From NCBI GenBank assembly GCA_965218695.1, contig OZ244651.1, positions 288,001 through 352,000 of the forward strand: DNA of 64,000 nt, written 5' to 3'. A program made the position numbers and the translations under genes. Numbering within the stretch: position 1 is the stretch's first letter; each line of letters starts with the position of its first letter. The notes beneath the pieces are model-generated. The model worked only from the letters and a program-made list of their open reading frames with translations, was not told where the DNA came from and searched no databases. The stretch is from Nitrosopumilus sp. GTDB taxonomy: Archaea > Thermoproteota > Nitrososphaeria > Nitrososphaerales > Nitrosopumilaceae. Below are positions 50,356-61,594 of this stretch, piece after piece.

Positions 50356-50793
50356 CTAGTCCCGGTACATCTTTGTAAACCACATACTGAGGTTGATCAC
50401 TCCAAGGAAGATCACAAACGCAAAGGACTGTGCAATGACTGACGCAAGGTACGGATCGTAGGCGATATTTAGAAGATAATACTGTATGAGCCACCTGGAG
50501 ATGCCATATACCACCTCTGAGATTCCAAAGGAGGTAAATATCTTCTTCAGATCGCTTTTGAGTCTTGTCCTATCCGTATGCCCCGATTCTAGGAGATACC
50601 TCCTCCGGTTGTCAAGGTAGAACAAGCCACCAAACACCAAAAAGTAGACAGAATAATCGATGATTGTTACATAGGTGGAATTAAGATAGTCCGGCAGGTC
50701 GACGAGCATCTCGGCGGCGACTGCAGACACCGTAAGGGCCACTACAAACGATATCAAGATGTTCTTGTTGAATTGTACGTACCCAGATACCAT
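50356..50793 (-). CDS. Hypothetical membrane protein (4 TM, GtrA-like)
   Basis: Four hydrophobic segments. Confidence 0.7.
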   Translation of the reverse strand: MVSGYVQFNKNILISFVVALTVSAVAAEMLVDLPDYLNSTYVTIIDYSVYFLVFGGLFYLDNRRRYLLESGHTDRTRLKSDLKKIFTSFGISEVVYGISRWLIQYYLLNIAYDPYLASVIAQSFAFVIFLGVINLSMWFTKMYRD

Positions 50794-51039
50794 GAGACTT
50801 GCCTTGTAATCACATAATTAAATCCAATCCAGCGGCGGTGCATCAAAGAAGATGCAGTGTAGAACCGGGGAACATGCTGGACCATTTCAGGCCACGGGAC
50901 TGCTCAGATGCGTGGCTGTTTAGCTGCAGAACCAGACTGATGTGGAAATCTCAAACGGAGCAGCAGGCGCCATAACATTGAGGTTCCCGGCAGATTAGCG
51001 CTCTAAACCCTTAAAATGGCATTTGTCTTCTCAATTCTT

Positions 51040-51114
51040 GGGCCCATAGCTCAGCATGGATAGAGTGTTGGACTTCTAATCCAATGGTCAAGGGATCGAA
51101 GCCCTTTGGGCCCG
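51040..51114 (+). tRNA. tRNA-Arg(TCT)
   Basis: Acceptor stem GGGCCCA/TGGGCCC; anticodon arm TTGGA-CTTCTAA-TCCAA; T arm AAGGG-ATCGAAG-CCCTT; CCA not encoded. Confidence 0.95.
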
Positions 51115-51130
51115 CCTGATAAAATTATTT

Positions 51131-51505
51131 ATGCAGACCCCGTGTGGGGGTAGCATGAAGGACATCGGATTCTCCCTGAACACCACTGAGATCCATCCGG
51201 ACTCTGAGATAATTGGAACCGTGTCAGTGGCATACCCTGGAAGGTACGACGGGGTCGTCATCAACACCCAGATCGCAGACTCTAACGAGCACATAACCTA
51301 CAAATCCTACAACAAAAAGATCATCTCGCACAACGTCTCAAGGCTGTTCATACCTCGGGAGGCGATGCCTCAGGATACGGCAGAGTTTACAGCCACGATC
51401 AAGTTTGTTCCGGAACGCGAGTACGAGGTAAAGTTCAGGGCCTCGATAATAGAGCAGCACAAGGAGATCGAAAGCCAGATAATCTTTGCAAGATACTACG
51501 TCTAG
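51131..51505 (+). CDS. Hypothetical beta-rich protein
   Basis: Protein-like ORF, convergent with the cupredoxin gene (4-bp overlap). Confidence 0.7.
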   Translation: MQTPCGGSMKDIGFSLNTTEIHPDSEIIGTVSVAYPGRYDGVVINTQIADSNEHITYKSYNKKIISHNVSRLFIPREAMPQDTAEFTATIKFVPEREYEVKFRASIIEQHKEIESQIIFARYYV

Positions 51506-51963
51506 AACCTGCTCTTCTCAATTATTATGGAGCCCTTCATCCACGGGTGCGGCGTGCAGTGGTAGTGTATCTCTGCAGGCTCTGTGAACACAAACTCGTA
51601 TGTCTCGCCAGGCTTGATGACGCCGGGAGAATTAAACTCGCCGCTGTACGAATCTTCATACCTGTGGTCCGGCGTAACGGTGTGCGCAGTCTCGTCGCTG
51701 TTGGTCCACACCACATGGTTATCAACTGTCAGCAACACTTTGGAATCCTGCGGAATGTACGCATCATTGCCCTCGGTCAGTGCTCCGGGCACTATGTCGA
51801 TTGTAAGTATTTTCTCAGGATCCAGTATGTGCTCGTCTACGGACGGTTTTAACAGGGACTCTGGAAGATAAAATGACGTGTAAAATACGAAAACCACTGA
51901 CATTCCCACAATCAGTGAAATGACTCCTATGCCATAGGCGTGGCTGGATGCCTGGGCACTCAT
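51502..51963 (-). CDS. Membrane-anchored plastocyanin-like cupredoxin
   Basis: WTNSD..HTVT and YHCTPHPWM type-1 Cu ligands; downstream of cytochrome b. Confidence 0.92.
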   Translation of the reverse strand: MSAQASSHAYGIGVISLIVGMSVVFVFYTSFYLPESLLKPSVDEHILDPEKILTIDIVPGALTEGNDAYIPQDSKVLLTVDNHVVWTNSDETAHTVTPDHRYEDSYSGEFNSPGVIKPGETYEFVFTEPAEIHYHCTPHPWMKGSIIIEKSRF

Positions 51964-52016
51964 TATCCAATCGACGCCTCCAAGTCATTATAAAGCTTCT
52001 TTGGGCCCATCACTCA

Positions 52017-53576
52017 TCACTTGGTACTGTCTGCACTCTTGCCTGCAGCAACAGCCGCCGCCCCAGTGCTTGCCGGTGGTGGAAGAACCTTGGTCTCTAC
52101 TACGATGTCGCCTACTTTGGGCACATCCTCAGAGTCCAGCTTGGGCTGCGTTGCCAGTTCGGACAGTTTTGGCTTTTCGACCATTATTGATGCAGGTGCC
52201 GGTGGCGGGACGCTCTTCTCCTGGCTCATGCCATACCTGTACACGTGGAAGAACGCTGCAAAGACCAGCAGTATTATTCCCACAAAGAACAGCGAGACGT
52301 TCTGCATGCCTGTCAGGGCGGCGTTGTATGCTGCAATGTTCAGGAAGACCTGGAATGCCAGCAGTGCCACAAGCACCCAGTTTATCCACTTTTCAGAAAA
52401 GTTGATGGTGGAAACCTTCTGCGGTCCGGTCTTTTTGGCAAGCTTTGACTTGCGCTCGGCCTCGTTTGCAAGCTTTATCATCATATAGGTGAACCCGAAT
52501 CCCAGCGGGACGAGCAGGATCATGGTACCGTAGAAGAATATGGGATCGATTACAAGGCGTTCCACCAGCGGAATCGAGATGTCCGGCGATATGTAGAAGC
52601 CCCAGTAGGTAGTCACCATTATCTGGGCCAGGCTGGTGATTCCAAAGGCCGTGATTATGGGTCGGTCCCTCCACGAGAACTTCTTGTACCGGTCTATGAA
52701 CGGTATCAGTATGAACGATATTATGAACAGCAACGGCCACAACAACCCGGTAACAAACTTGTCATACTGCGTCCGCATGAAGGCATAGATTCCAGTAAGG
52801 TACCATTCGGGAACGGTGACTCCGGGTGCGACTGACGGTTCAAACTTGAAGCCCAGGTCGATTGGAAACACACCTCCTGTAATCAGAATGGCCCCTGAAA
52901 TTGCCATGACCATCGGGACGTCAAACACCAGAAACCGCGGGAAGTGGACAGCCATGAGCCCCAGCATCACTATCGGGAGTAAGAAGACATGCTGGGCATA
53001 AAACCGCAATACAAAGTCGGAGAATCCGCTGCCAAGCGCAGCGTCCCGTATGAGCGGTCCCACCACGGGTATCGACGTGGTCAGCGACGCGGCAATGCTG
53101 ATGGCAAGCTCGGCCCTTTCACTGAATATCACATCGTACCCGGTAAAGGCCTCAAGGATTGTGACCACGCCAAGTATGACGCCGGTCATCCAGAGCACCT
53201 CGTTGCGTATCTTGTACCTCCCGCTGAAGTACTGGTAGTACATGTGAAGCACAGCAAGGAGCACCATGGCGTTGGATCCGTGATAGTGGATGTTTCTTAT
53301 GTGGAACCCGAATGGGACGTCGTCGTTGATGAACTGGACGCTGTCCCAGGCCCGGTCAAGTATGGGCTGATAGTAGAACATTAGAAGGGCGCCTGAGACA
53401 CCCAGTATGATAAAGACGATAAACGTAAGCATCCCAAGGAACCCGAACGGGCTTACAAACCTTGCCGGAAACGAGAACTTGATGGCGGTAAATATGGTCC
53501 TGTCTATGCCGTCCCAAAGCCAGTAGAAGAAGGCTACTACCCCTGTCCTTCTCTCAAGCGAAACGGCCATATCCAA
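52017..53576 (-). CDS. petB: Cytochrome b subunit of complex III
   Basis: IRNIHYHGSN, LHM, RFYAQH...VH, PEWY. Confidence 0.94.
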   Translation of the reverse strand: MDMAVSLERRTGVVAFFYWLWDGIDRTIFTAIKFSFPARFVSPFGFLGMLTFIVFIILGVSGALLMFYYQPILDRAWDSVQFINDDVPFGFHIRNIHYHGSNAMVLLAVLHMYYQYFSGRYKIRNEVLWMTGVILGVVTILEAFTGYDVIFSERAELAISIAASLTTSIPVVGPLIRDAALGSGFSDFVLRFYAQHVFLLPIVMLGLMAVHFPRFLVFDVPMVMAISGAILITGGVFPIDLGFKFEPSVAPGVTVPEWYLTGIYAFMRTQYDKFVTGLLWPLLFIISFILIPFIDRYKKFSWRDRPIITAFGITSLAQIMVTTYWGFYISPDISIPLVERLVIDPIFFYGTMILLVPLGFGFTYMMIKLANEAERKSKLAKKTGPQKVSTINFSEKWINWVLVALLAFQVFLNIAAYNAALTGMQNVSLFFVGIILLVFAAFFHVYRYGMSQEKSVPPPAPASIMVEKPKLSELATQPKLDSEDVPKVGDIVVETKVLPPPASTGAAAVAAGKSADSTK

Positions 53577-54159
53577 TTACTCCGTTTTCGTGTGCGGTAA
53601 AGCTCGGCGGCAGTATGAAGATGAGTCCAGACGGTTCTACCTCAAGGGTGAGCTTTGGCAGCGTGTTTGATGGGGACGCCTGTACTGATGCAGGACCAAG
53701 AAATGCCGTTCCAGTGTCAGGGCTGTACATGGAACCATGACACGGACACTCGCCTCTCTTCCTGCCCTCATCGGGCCAGTACTTCCACAGGCACCACAGG
53801 TGGAGGCAGATCATGCTGAATACCCGGAGCGAGGAGATGTCGTTGTTTGCTCCCCCGAGCTCTTCGGGTAGCCTGATGAACTGCCACTTTCTAAACGCCT
53901 CTGCGTCAAGTGCCGGATCGCCGGTTGCAGGATAGGTGATGACATCTGCGGTGTTTATCGGGTATGTGTTGAGGTTGGCCTGCGTGCCATCCGGCAGTAT
54001 TACCGGGACCTTTTCAAGGGATGCCTGGTTTGGGTTGGGCATAAAGTTGCCAAACGGCACAAAAGGCGCAAAGGCCAGTCCTGTACCTGCAGCGCCGATC
54101 AGTTTCAGAAAGTCTCTTCGGGACAATCCGGAGGACTTTTTTGTTCCTAATTCCGACAT
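53554..54159 (-). CDS. petC: Rieske 2Fe-2S subunit with Tat signal
   Basis: SRRDFLK, CLHLWC, CPCHGS.Y. Confidence 0.93.
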   Translation of the reverse strand: MSELGTKKSSGLSRRDFLKLIGAAGTGLAFAPFVPFGNFMPNPNQASLEKVPVILPDGTQANLNTYPINTADVITYPATGDPALDAEAFRKWQFIRLPEELGGANNDISSLRVFSMICLHLWCLWKYWPDEGRKRGECPCHGSMYSPDTGTAFLGPASVQASPSNTLPKLTLEVEPSGLIFILPPSFTAHENGVIGYGRFA

Positions 54160-54298
54160 CCAAGTTCACATACCCGCCAATTTGGTTATAAACCTTGTTT
54201 AAGAGGGCTCTCAAGTTATCGGCACCTGTCGTTATTGTGTCGACTGTGTCTTATCAAGTGGCTTTATAACAAAACGGCACCATGAATTCCAAAGTCCA

Positions 54299-55102
54299 CT
54301 ACAACCTCACAGGAATTCCCCGCCCCTCCAGATACCTCTTGACGCCTTCCACCCCATATGACCTGTAATGGAATATGGATGCTGCAAGTGCTGCATCAAC
54401 CCCGGTGCTCTCAAAGACGTCTGCCATGTCTGAAGGGCTGCCGCAGCCGCCGGAGGCAATGACGGGAATCGAGACTGCATCCACGATCGACTTTGTGAGT
54501 AGGGTGTCATAGCCGTTCTTGGTGCCGTCCCGGTCTATGCTGGTAAGGAGTATCTCGCCTGCACCAAGGCCCTGCACCTGTTTTGCCCAAGATACTGCAT
54601 CAATCCCGGTCTCCCTGCTCCCCCCGTACACAAACACCTCAAACCAGAACTCCCTGCCATCCTCGCAGAATACGGTGGTTCCGTCCTTTGGGGAATAGTT
54701 GCGTTTGGCATCGACTGCCACCACCACGCACTGCCTCCCAAAGAGACCCATCAGTTCAGTCACCAGTCCCGGGTTCCTTACCGCCCCGGTGTTTATCCCG
54801 ACCTTGTCTGCGCCGTTCAGCAGTATTCCTCTTGCATCCTCAAGGGACGAGACCCCGCCGCCGACTGTAAACGGGATATCAAGAACCGATGCCACCCCCC
54901 GCACAAGATCCCGTATGGTCTTGCGGCCCTCGCCGGATGCCGTAATGTCCAGAAACACCAGCTCGTCTGCCCCCTCTTGGCCGTATCGCCTTGCAAGGTC
55001 CACAGGATCGCCTGCGTCTCTGATGGATTCAAAGTGGAGCCCCTTGACGACTCTGCCGTCCCGCACATCAAGGCACGGTATTATCCGCTTGGTCAGCGCC
55101 AT
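54299..55102 (-). CDS. hisF: Imidazole glycerol phosphate synthase, cyclase subunit
   Basis: [30 protein letters not shown]. Confidence 0.96.
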   Translation of the reverse strand: MALTKRIIPCLDVRDGRVVKGLHFESIRDAGDPVDLARRYGQEGADELVFLDITASGEGRKTIRDLVRGVASVLDIPFTVGGGVSSLEDARGILLNGADKVGINTGAVRNPGLVTELMGLFGRQCVVVAVDAKRNYSPKDGTTVFCEDGREFWFEVFVYGGSRETGIDAVSWAKQVQGLGAGEILLTSIDRDGTKNGYDTLLTKSIVDAVSIPVIASGGCGSPSDMADVFESTGVDAALAASIFHYRSYGVEGVKRYLEGRGIPVRL

Positions 55103-55800
55103 GCCCCTGCTTCCCCGATTGTAATCTTGCCGTCATACAATGCCCGTCCCAGTATAACCCCCGAGGCACCTGCCCTCATGACCTGTTCCACATCATGCAC
55201 GCCGGATATCCCGCCGCTTGCAATGATGTGTGCCCCTTCCAGTTTGCACAGCTGTGCAAGGTAGTCAAGCTCGGGTCCCTTCAGCGTCCCGTCGCGACCC
55301 ACATCAGTCACAAGAAACTCTGTAAACCCGATGTCTAAAAACCCCTTCAGGGCATCCACAAGTGCTATTCCGGCGGATTTCTGCCACCCGCGGGTCACCA
55401 CGACTCCGTTCCGGTGATCAGCAGATATCACGATGCGATCAGGGCCCGGCGACGCATTCAGTTCTCTCAGAATGGCTGCATCCTCAAATGCCAGCGTACC
55501 TATTACGGCCCTGCCTGCCACGTCGGTTGCTGTGCGGACGGATTCTGCATTCCGCAGGCCGCCTGCAACCTGCACCGGAATCGAGACTGCATCCAATATG
55601 CTCCGGATTATGCCTGAGTTGGAGCCATGTCCCAGAGTGGCATCAAGATCCACCAGGTGCAGCATGTCAGCACCCTGCCTCTCCCACTCCCGGGCAACTG
55701 CGACAGGATCATTTCCGTAGACGGTCTTGCGTTCTGGATCCCCTTGGTACAGCCGTACCACCTGGCCTTCCATCAGATCGATTGCAGGAATTATCATCAT
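55093..55800 (-). CDS. hisA: ProFAR isomerase
   Basis: IIPAIDL..GQVVRL, HLVDLD, DGTLKG, ASGG. Confidence 0.95.
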   Translation of the reverse strand: MMIIPAIDLMEGQVVRLYQGDPERKTVYGNDPVAVAREWERQGADMLHLVDLDATLGHGSNSGIIRSILDAVSIPVQVAGGLRNAESVRTATDVAGRAVIGTLAFEDAAILRELNASPGPDRIVISADHRNGVVVTRGWQKSAGIALVDALKGFLDIGFTEFLVTDVGRDGTLKGPELDYLAQLCKLEGAHIIASGGISGVHDVEQVMRAGASGVILGRALYDGKITIGEAGAWR

Positions 55801-56396
55801 CGCTTACACACATCAAGAAAGTTGCTTATCATCTGCCGCCCCACGGCCCCTGACTTTTCAGGATGAAACTGCGTCCCAAACAGGTTGTCCTGCTCCACCA
55901 CTGCAGGAACACTGATGCCATAGTCTGATGCTGCAGTTATCACACCGGCAGGATCAGGCCGTGCCATGTACGAATGGACAAAGTACACCCAAGAGCCGTC
56001 CTCAATTCCGTCAAGCAGCCTTCCTGGCCGCACCGTCTCAAGGCTGTTCCACCCCATGTGGGGCACCTTCATCACGGGGGGAAGGACTGCCACGTCTCCG
56101 CCCATCACGCCAAGGCCTGACTCGCTGCCTTCCTGACTGCTCTCAAAGAAGATCTCCATTCCAAGGCATATCCCAAGGACCGGCATCCCGTCTACATATT
56201 TGGTGAATTTCGTGCTGGATCCGATGCTGCGCACCGCAGGATCAAAGTGGCCCACACCCGGAAGGAGCAATCCCGAGTACGTGTTGGGCTCTTCAAAGTT
56301 TGTAATGACGTCGACTGTGGCCCCTGCCTTCTCAAGTGAATGCCTGAGGCTGAATATGTTTCCTGCTCCGTAGTCAAATATTGCAACATGCGTCAT
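55797..56396 (-). CDS. hisH: IGP synthase, glutamine amidotransferase subunit
   Basis: DYGAGN, GICLG, PHMGWN, YFVHSY, QFHPEKS. Confidence 0.96.
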   Translation of the reverse strand: MTHVAIFDYGAGNIFSLRHSLEKAGATVDVITNFEEPNTYSGLLLPGVGHFDPAVRSIGSSTKFTKYVDGMPVLGICLGMEIFFESSQEGSESGLGVMGGDVAVLPPVMKVPHMGWNSLETVRPGRLLDGIEDGSWVYFVHSYMARPDPAGVITAASDYGISVPAVVEQDNLFGTQFHPEKSGAVGRQMISNFLDVCKR

Positions 56397-56983
56397 CGCA
56401 TAGAACCCTTCGTACTGGGAGGGTCCATGGATACAGCATCCCTGGCGCAGGCCTGCCGAAGCGCCACTGCAAGTGACTTTATTGCAGACTCTGCCTTGTG
56501 GTGGTCGTTGCTCCCGTATCGTACCTCCAAGTGTATGCAGGAGTTCATGTTCTGGAGCAGGGAGAGGAAAAAGTGCTCCAGATCCTCCCGTGCAATCCCC
56601 TCGACGGAGTCACGCTGGAGCGGTAGTGTCAGTTTGGAGAATGGGCGCCTCACCAGATCCACGGCAGCCACTGCAAGGGATTCGTCCATCGGGACAGAGG
56701 CAAGGCCAAACCGCGTTATGCCGTCCCGCTCTCCCAGAGCCTCGTCTAGTGCCTGGCCCAGTGCTATTGCGGCATCCTCTATAAGGTGGTGGACTATTCT
56801 GTCGTTTGATTCTGCCCTTACCTCCAAGTCCAGCATGGCATGTCTGCCAAATGACGTTATAATGTGATCAAGAAAGTCAATCCCGGTGACAATATCGGTG
56901 CTGCCGGTACCGTCGATGTTGACAGATACTGATAGTGCAGTCTCCTTGGTGCCGCGCTGGATGGATGCCTTTCGGGGTTCCAT
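56393..56983 (-). CDS. hisB: Imidazoleglycerol-phosphate dehydratase
   Basis: [28 protein letters not shown]. Confidence 0.96.
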   Translation of the reverse strand: MEPRKASIQRGTKETALSVSVNIDGTGSTDIVTGIDFLDHIITSFGRHAMLDLEVRAESNDRIVHHLIEDAAIALGQALDEALGERDGITRFGLASVPMDESLAVAAVDLVRRPFSKLTLPLQRDSVEGIAREDLEHFFLSLLQNMNSCIHLEVRYGSNDHHKAESAIKSLAVALRQACARDAVSMDPPSTKGSMR

Positions 56984-57058
56984 GGATTCATCATGGTGTC
57001 ATTCCAAATTTAACATCTTCGGAATGACGATTGGTGCAGGGTTGGGAATCTTGCCACC

Positions 57059-57973
57059 CTACTGCAGGTTCAACGCATTTGGAAGGTCCAGTGCCGATTC
57101 AACTATCAAGGCCGCCCCGCCCTTTTCAAACAGATCATGCCGGCGCGTACCGGATCCTGCAATCCCGCAGAACACGGCAGAGTCCACGGCGTCTGCCATC
57201 ATCATGTCTTCTGCAGAGTCCCCCACGTACAGCACCATGCCGCACCCCATGCATTCAATGGCCTCCACAAGGGAGTACGGGTTTGGCTTTGCATATTTGC
57301 GCGGCAGATCCTCAAGAAATTTCGAGCATGGCACATCAAAGTATCTCATCATGTCACCCAGGGTGTACCGGGCAGGTTCGTGCCCCCTTCCGGTCACCAT
57401 CGCCACCTTGGAGCCAAACCGTTGGCGCAGCACATCCATGGTGTAATCGTCAGGAATTATCCGGTCCGAGTCGATCAGGCCTGGATCAGAATGTGTAGAT
57501 TCTGTCCCGAACGCCTTTTTGTACAGGACAGGCCCGTAGAACAGCTCGTTGAACGTGCGATACACCACGCTCCCAAGGCGTCCCTCCGGATAATCCAGTC
57601 GTTCCATGACATCACGCATCCCGTCCACTCCGGCCAGCTGCTCCTCGACTGACCGTATGCCGGTGCAGTCGGCATTGCGTATCACCTCGAATACGTACGC
57701 ATCAGGCTCTCTTCCCAGAGTACTGGCAGCAGTAATACCAAGGATTGCAGCATACGCAAGATCAATCTCGTCGTTGAATCCGCCCGTATCCTTGAATCCC
57801 CCAATCATGGCGTGATTGATGCCTCCCGATACCCCCATGCCATCCAACACGCGCCGCACGGTCTGTATTATTGCAGCACTGTACGACTCTGTGACGTCCA
57901 CCAGCACGCCGTCGCAGTCAAATATGATGCCATCCAGATTCCGGATTACGCCCTTCAAGGTATCATCAGACAC
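57059..57973 (-). CDS. HAD-family phosphatase (candidate histidinol-phosphatase)
   Basis: FDCDGVLVD, VTGR, KPNP, YVGDS.ED; located inside the his operon. Confidence 0.85.
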   Translation of the reverse strand: MSDDTLKGVIRNLDGIIFDCDGVLVDVTESYSAAIIQTVRRVLDGMGVSGGINHAMIGGFKDTGGFNDEIDLAYAAILGITAASTLGREPDAYVFEVIRNADCTGIRSVEEQLAGVDGMRDVMERLDYPEGRLGSVVYRTFNELFYGPVLYKKAFGTESTHSDPGLIDSDRIIPDDYTMDVLRQRFGSKVAMVTGRGHEPARYTLGDMMRYFDVPCSKFLEDLPRKYAKPNPYSLVEAIECMGCGMVLYVGDSAEDMMMADAVDSAVFCGIAGSGTRRHDLFEKGGAALIVESALDLPNALNLQ

Positions 57974-57979
57974 TGGCAG

Positions 57980-59047
57980 TCACCCCAACAGATCACGCAC
58001 GGCAAGCAGAAACTTTGAGTTCATCTCCTTTGTGCCCACAGTTACCCGGAGGCATCCCTCGTACTGCCCTATCCGGCCCAGCCTGCGGATTGAGATTCCC
58101 TGCTCGGCAAGGGCAGAATGAATCCTCTTGTACGCCCCGCCTGCATCAAACAGGACGAAGTTTGCGCTGGAGTCAAAGGCCTCAAAGGAATCGTAGCCTC
58201 TCAGCGTGCGGAGTATTCTGGCCCGCTCTGTCTTTGTCTTCTCTATGGCATTCCTCACAACATCCAGTCTTGCCATAGCCTCGATTCCGGCCTCGAGGGT
58301 TATGGTGCCAAGCGGGTACGGATACTGCAGTATATCGGTAAAGAGGCTGACAATATTTCTGTTTGATATGAAGTATCCCAGTCTGAGCCCTGCAAGTCCG
58401 AATGCCTTTGAAAGCGTCCTGGTCACTATCAGATTCTTCTGCCTCCGGACCAGTCCGGCTACGGTATAGTCTGCAAACTCTCCGTACGCCTCATCAATTA
58501 TTACAAGCCCTTCAAAGGACTTGATCAGCCTGTACAGTTCGGTCTTGGGAAACTGGAATCCTGTGGGGTTGTTCGGGGAGTCAAGGTACAGGATGTCTGT
58601 CTCAGAGAAGTTCCGGGTAAACACCTTTGCATCAAGTTTCATTCCGTCTGAGAACGGCACTTCGACCAGCGGAACAGAGTACAGCCTGCACCTCCTCTCA
58701 AAGAACTCGAACGTGGGATTTGAGACAAGCACCCTGGTGTCAGGGGATGCAAAGTTGGACAGTATTATATCCAGTATCTGATCAGAGCCGTTTCCAACGC
58801 CGATCATCGAGGGCGGAACCCCTGCATACCCGGAGATTGCCTTGATGAGGCGCTCTGGTCCTCCCAGAGGATATTCCCTTACATCAGAACTTTTTCGGGC
58901 CGACTGAATGATCTCGTTTTGGAACTGCTTTGGAATGGAATAGTTCTCGTTGGAATCAAGCTTGACGCTGCCCGGAAACAGATCCGGTTTCTTGTACCCC
59001 GGGATTTCCGAGAGGGTCTCCATTCGTTTCTCGAACCACCCCTTCAT
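57980..59047 (-). CDS. hisC: Histidinol-phosphate aminotransferase
   Basis: LDSNEN, GNGSDQ, PNNPTG, DEAY, RTLSKAFGLAGLRLG. Confidence 0.95.
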   Translation of the reverse strand: MKGWFEKRMETLSEIPGYKKPDLFPGSVKLDSNENYSIPKQFQNEIIQSARKSSDVREYPLGGPERLIKAISGYAGVPPSMIGVGNGSDQILDIILSNFASPDTRVLVSNPTFEFFERRCRLYSVPLVEVPFSDGMKLDAKVFTRNFSETDILYLDSPNNPTGFQFPKTELYRLIKSFEGLVIIDEAYGEFADYTVAGLVRRQKNLIVTRTLSKAFGLAGLRLGYFISNRNIVSLFTDILQYPYPLGTITLEAGIEAMARLDVVRNAIEKTKTERARILRTLRGYDSFEAFDSSANFVLFDAGGAYKRIHSALAEQGISIRRLGRIGQYEGCLRVTVGTKEMNSKFLLAVRDLLG

Positions 59048-60312
59048 GACAGCCTGCTCCTGACTGCCTCGTAGTGGTTTGGCAGACCCTCTGCACGGGT
59101 CAGTGCCTCAAGGTGCCTTGATATCTTGGATAGTGATTTTTTTGATGCAGATACGTGTGTGGTCAGTTTTACAAAGTCCAACACGGACAGCGAGCCGCGG
59201 GTCTTGCCTTCTCCGTCGGTGGGAAGTATGTGGTTGGATCCAAGCAGGTAGTCGCTTGCAGCAGACGGGGTGTCATGCCCTAGCAGTATCAGGCCGGGGG
59301 TGGTAATCTCAGATGCGATGGATTCCGGGTCTGCAGTTATTATCTGGAGGTGTTCTGGGGCAAGCTCGTTGGCAAGTTCTATCATCATTTTCTTTGTCTT
59401 GCAGACTGCGATGAATCCGTGCGACAGGCTGTCATCCACGTGTTCCATCCGTTCTAGTCCCGGAAGAAGTCCGGGGATCATGCCGTTGACAGCATCTGCC
59501 AGACCATCAGAGGTCGTTATCAGAAAGCACGATGTGTCAGGACTGTGCTCAGCCTGTGATATCAGGTCCAAGGCTACTGTTCTGGGGTCAGCCGTCTCAT
59601 CTGCAATTATGCCAAGCTCTGTAGGCCCTGCAAGCATGTCTATGCCAGTGTACACGGAGATCTGTGCCTTTGCCTCAGTTACAAACGCACTACCGGGTCC
59701 CACTATCTTGTCGACTTTTGGAATGGATTTTGTGCCATACCCCAGGGCCGCAATCGCCTGTGCCCCACCGGTTCTGTAGATCTCAGAGGCACCGCAGACA
59801 TCGGCTGCTACAATTGTCATCGGATCCGGATTACCGTCAGCGCCAGACGGGGAGACCGCCACTATCCTCTTGACGCCTGCCACCCGTGCCGGAGTGATCG
59901 ACATTACAGCAGAGCTTGGATATCTTGCCCTTCCTCCTGGGACATAGCATCCGACGCTCCGAATCGGGATGAATCTTTTGTGTATTGTAATGCCATCGTT
60001 CCTGATGATTTTATCCTTCAAAAGGGACATGACTGTCCTTTCTGTCTTTTCAAGTCTCTCCTTTGCCAGATGTATTGCATCTAGCTGGTCCGTGGATATC
60101 TTCTTGTATGCACTCTTAATCTCTCTTTTGGACAGTCGTAATGAGGATGTCTTTAGGTTGCCAAACGTGTTTTCGTATTGGATTACTGCAGAATCGCCTT
60201 TCTCCCGAACCGCAGTTAGAATTGATTTGATGAGTTCAGCGTACGGCGATATCGGTTCAGGGGAAAATGTTGCCAGGAATTTTTTAGTGCTTGTTACTTT
60301 GACTTTTTCCAT
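59044..60312 (-). CDS. hisD: Histidinol dehydrogenase
   Basis: YVPGG, GGAQAIAAL, AGPTE, QAEH, APEHL, GSNHILPT; start MEKVK coupled to the hisG stop. Confidence 0.95.
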   Translation of the reverse strand: MEKVKVTSTKKFLATFSPEPISPYAELIKSILTAVREKGDSAVIQYENTFGNLKTSSLRLSKREIKSAYKKISTDQLDAIHLAKERLEKTERTVMSLLKDKIIRNDGITIHKRFIPIRSVGCYVPGGRARYPSSAVMSITPARVAGVKRIVAVSPSGADGNPDPMTIVAADVCGASEIYRTGGAQAIAALGYGTKSIPKVDKIVGPGSAFVTEAKAQISVYTGIDMLAGPTELGIIADETADPRTVALDLISQAEHSPDTSCFLITTSDGLADAVNGMIPGLLPGLERMEHVDDSLSHGFIAVCKTKKMMIELANELAPEHLQIITADPESIASEITTPGLILLGHDTPSAASDYLLGSNHILPTDGEGKTRGSLSVLDFVKLTTHVSASKKSLSKISRHLEALTRAEGLPNHYEAVRSRLS

Positions 60313-61298
60313 CAGTTCTCCTCGTCGCGTTTGATCTCCTCGAGCTCCAGTATCTGCCTTGGCTCGTGGACCACGAGGCCCTGGGCAATCTTTCTTAAAT
60401 GTGGGATTAGTTTGTGGAATTCGTCCTTTCGGATTACGGTGTTGACGCCAAACCATCCGGGTTCGGCAAGCGGGGATACTGTGGGTCTCTTGAGGGACGG
60501 CATCTCCTGCAAAAGCCTCTCAAGGTTCTTCTCCTCTACGTTCAGGTAGATGTGGAGGTACTTTTTGCCGTGCACGGCCCCCCTCAGCAGGGTTACAATG
60601 TCAAATATCTTCCCGCGTTTACCAGTATCCTTTAGGGAGTCCTGGTTTGCAATAAGGTGCGCACTGGATGTGAGGATCTCGTCTGCAATCCTCAGCTTGT
60701 TCTGCCTTAGAGTCGTGCCGGTCTCTGTCACATCAATAATGGCATCCACGTCCTCCGGCGGCTTGGCCTCGGTGGCCCCAAATGAGAGATGAATCTGTAC
60801 TTTTTTGTTCTGGCCCTGGCGAATCCACGGGGTGACGATCATCGGATCCTGGGTGCCGTGGTACTTTTTGTATGACTTTAGCTGCATGACATACCGTGCA
60901 GCAGTGGTTAGATATTCAGAGGATATTCTAAGGGTCCTGTTTCTTCTGGCATAGTCTGCAATCATGGCATCAAGACTACGGTACCTGTGGCTGTCCGGAA
61001 ATGCAACGACAAGCCTGATTGTGCCGTATTCCAGATCCAGCAGCGGATCCACATCGGAGTTGGTCTCCCCGACCCAGTCTTTGCCGGTAATTCCCACGTC
61101 ATAGAGTCCTTCTGCCACCAGTATCGGAATCTCCTGCGGCCTGAGCATCTTGACTACAATCTCAGGATCATCAAGATAGACACGGTACGTGCGGCTCTTT
61201 CTGTCAACACGCGTCCACGACCGCTCAAGCAGCTTAAAGGTGGCAGCCTCCAAGCTTCCCTTGGGGATTGCAAGTCTTACCTTGGACACATACATCAT
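60312..61298 (-). CDS. hisG: ATP phosphoribosyltransferase (long form)
   Basis: AIPKGSL, RPQEIP, GITG.D, GATE, DVTETGTTL. Confidence 0.95.
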   Translation of the reverse strand: MMYVSKVRLAIPKGSLEAATFKLLERSWTRVDRKSRTYRVYLDDPEIVVKMLRPQEIPILVAEGLYDVGITGKDWVGETNSDVDPLLDLEYGTIRLVVAFPDSHRYRSLDAMIADYARRNRTLRISSEYLTTAARYVMQLKSYKKYHGTQDPMIVTPWIRQGQNKKVQIHLSFGATEAKPPEDVDAIIDVTETGTTLRQNKLRIADEILTSSAHLIANQDSLKDTGKRGKIFDIVTLLRGAVHGKKYLHIYLNVEEKNLERLLQEMPSLKRPTVSPLAEPGWFGVNTVIRKDEFHKLIPHLRKIAQGLVVHEPRQILELEEIKRDEEN

Positions 61299-61594
61299 GC
61301 TATGGTCTGGGTATATGAGGGTTAAGAGGAGAGCCGGTTGGAATTTCGTACAAAAAATGGCATACGGAATTCATGCAGGAAAGACGATTGGTTCCATGGC
61401 AGATATTTTCTGCCGTGTGTCATCCCACGTAAAGTCCCTTGGCAATGCCGTCAACCTGCCACTTACCGGAAATTGGAATATGGATCCGTTGGTGCTGGTT
61501 CCCCATATCGCTTCATAACACTCCTTCACACCAACGTACATCGTCATGCAGACATGGCATATCCAATGTCGTCGGGAATCTTACCAGTACGGGT

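Noticed and set aside
51040-51130. tRNA-Arg as an integration site
   Set aside because: No duplicated tRNA 3' end or integrase seen in the window
59044-60456. N-terminal extensions of hisD, taw1, AK6, MTHFR, TSP3-1 and the 39279 gene in the ORF track
   Set aside because: They overlap neighbouring genes or IS ends; downstream starts match the family N-termini better
61299-61594. Possible small gene or hisI between hisG and hmgA
   Set aside because: The short frames present lack HisI/HisE motifs and any recognisable features
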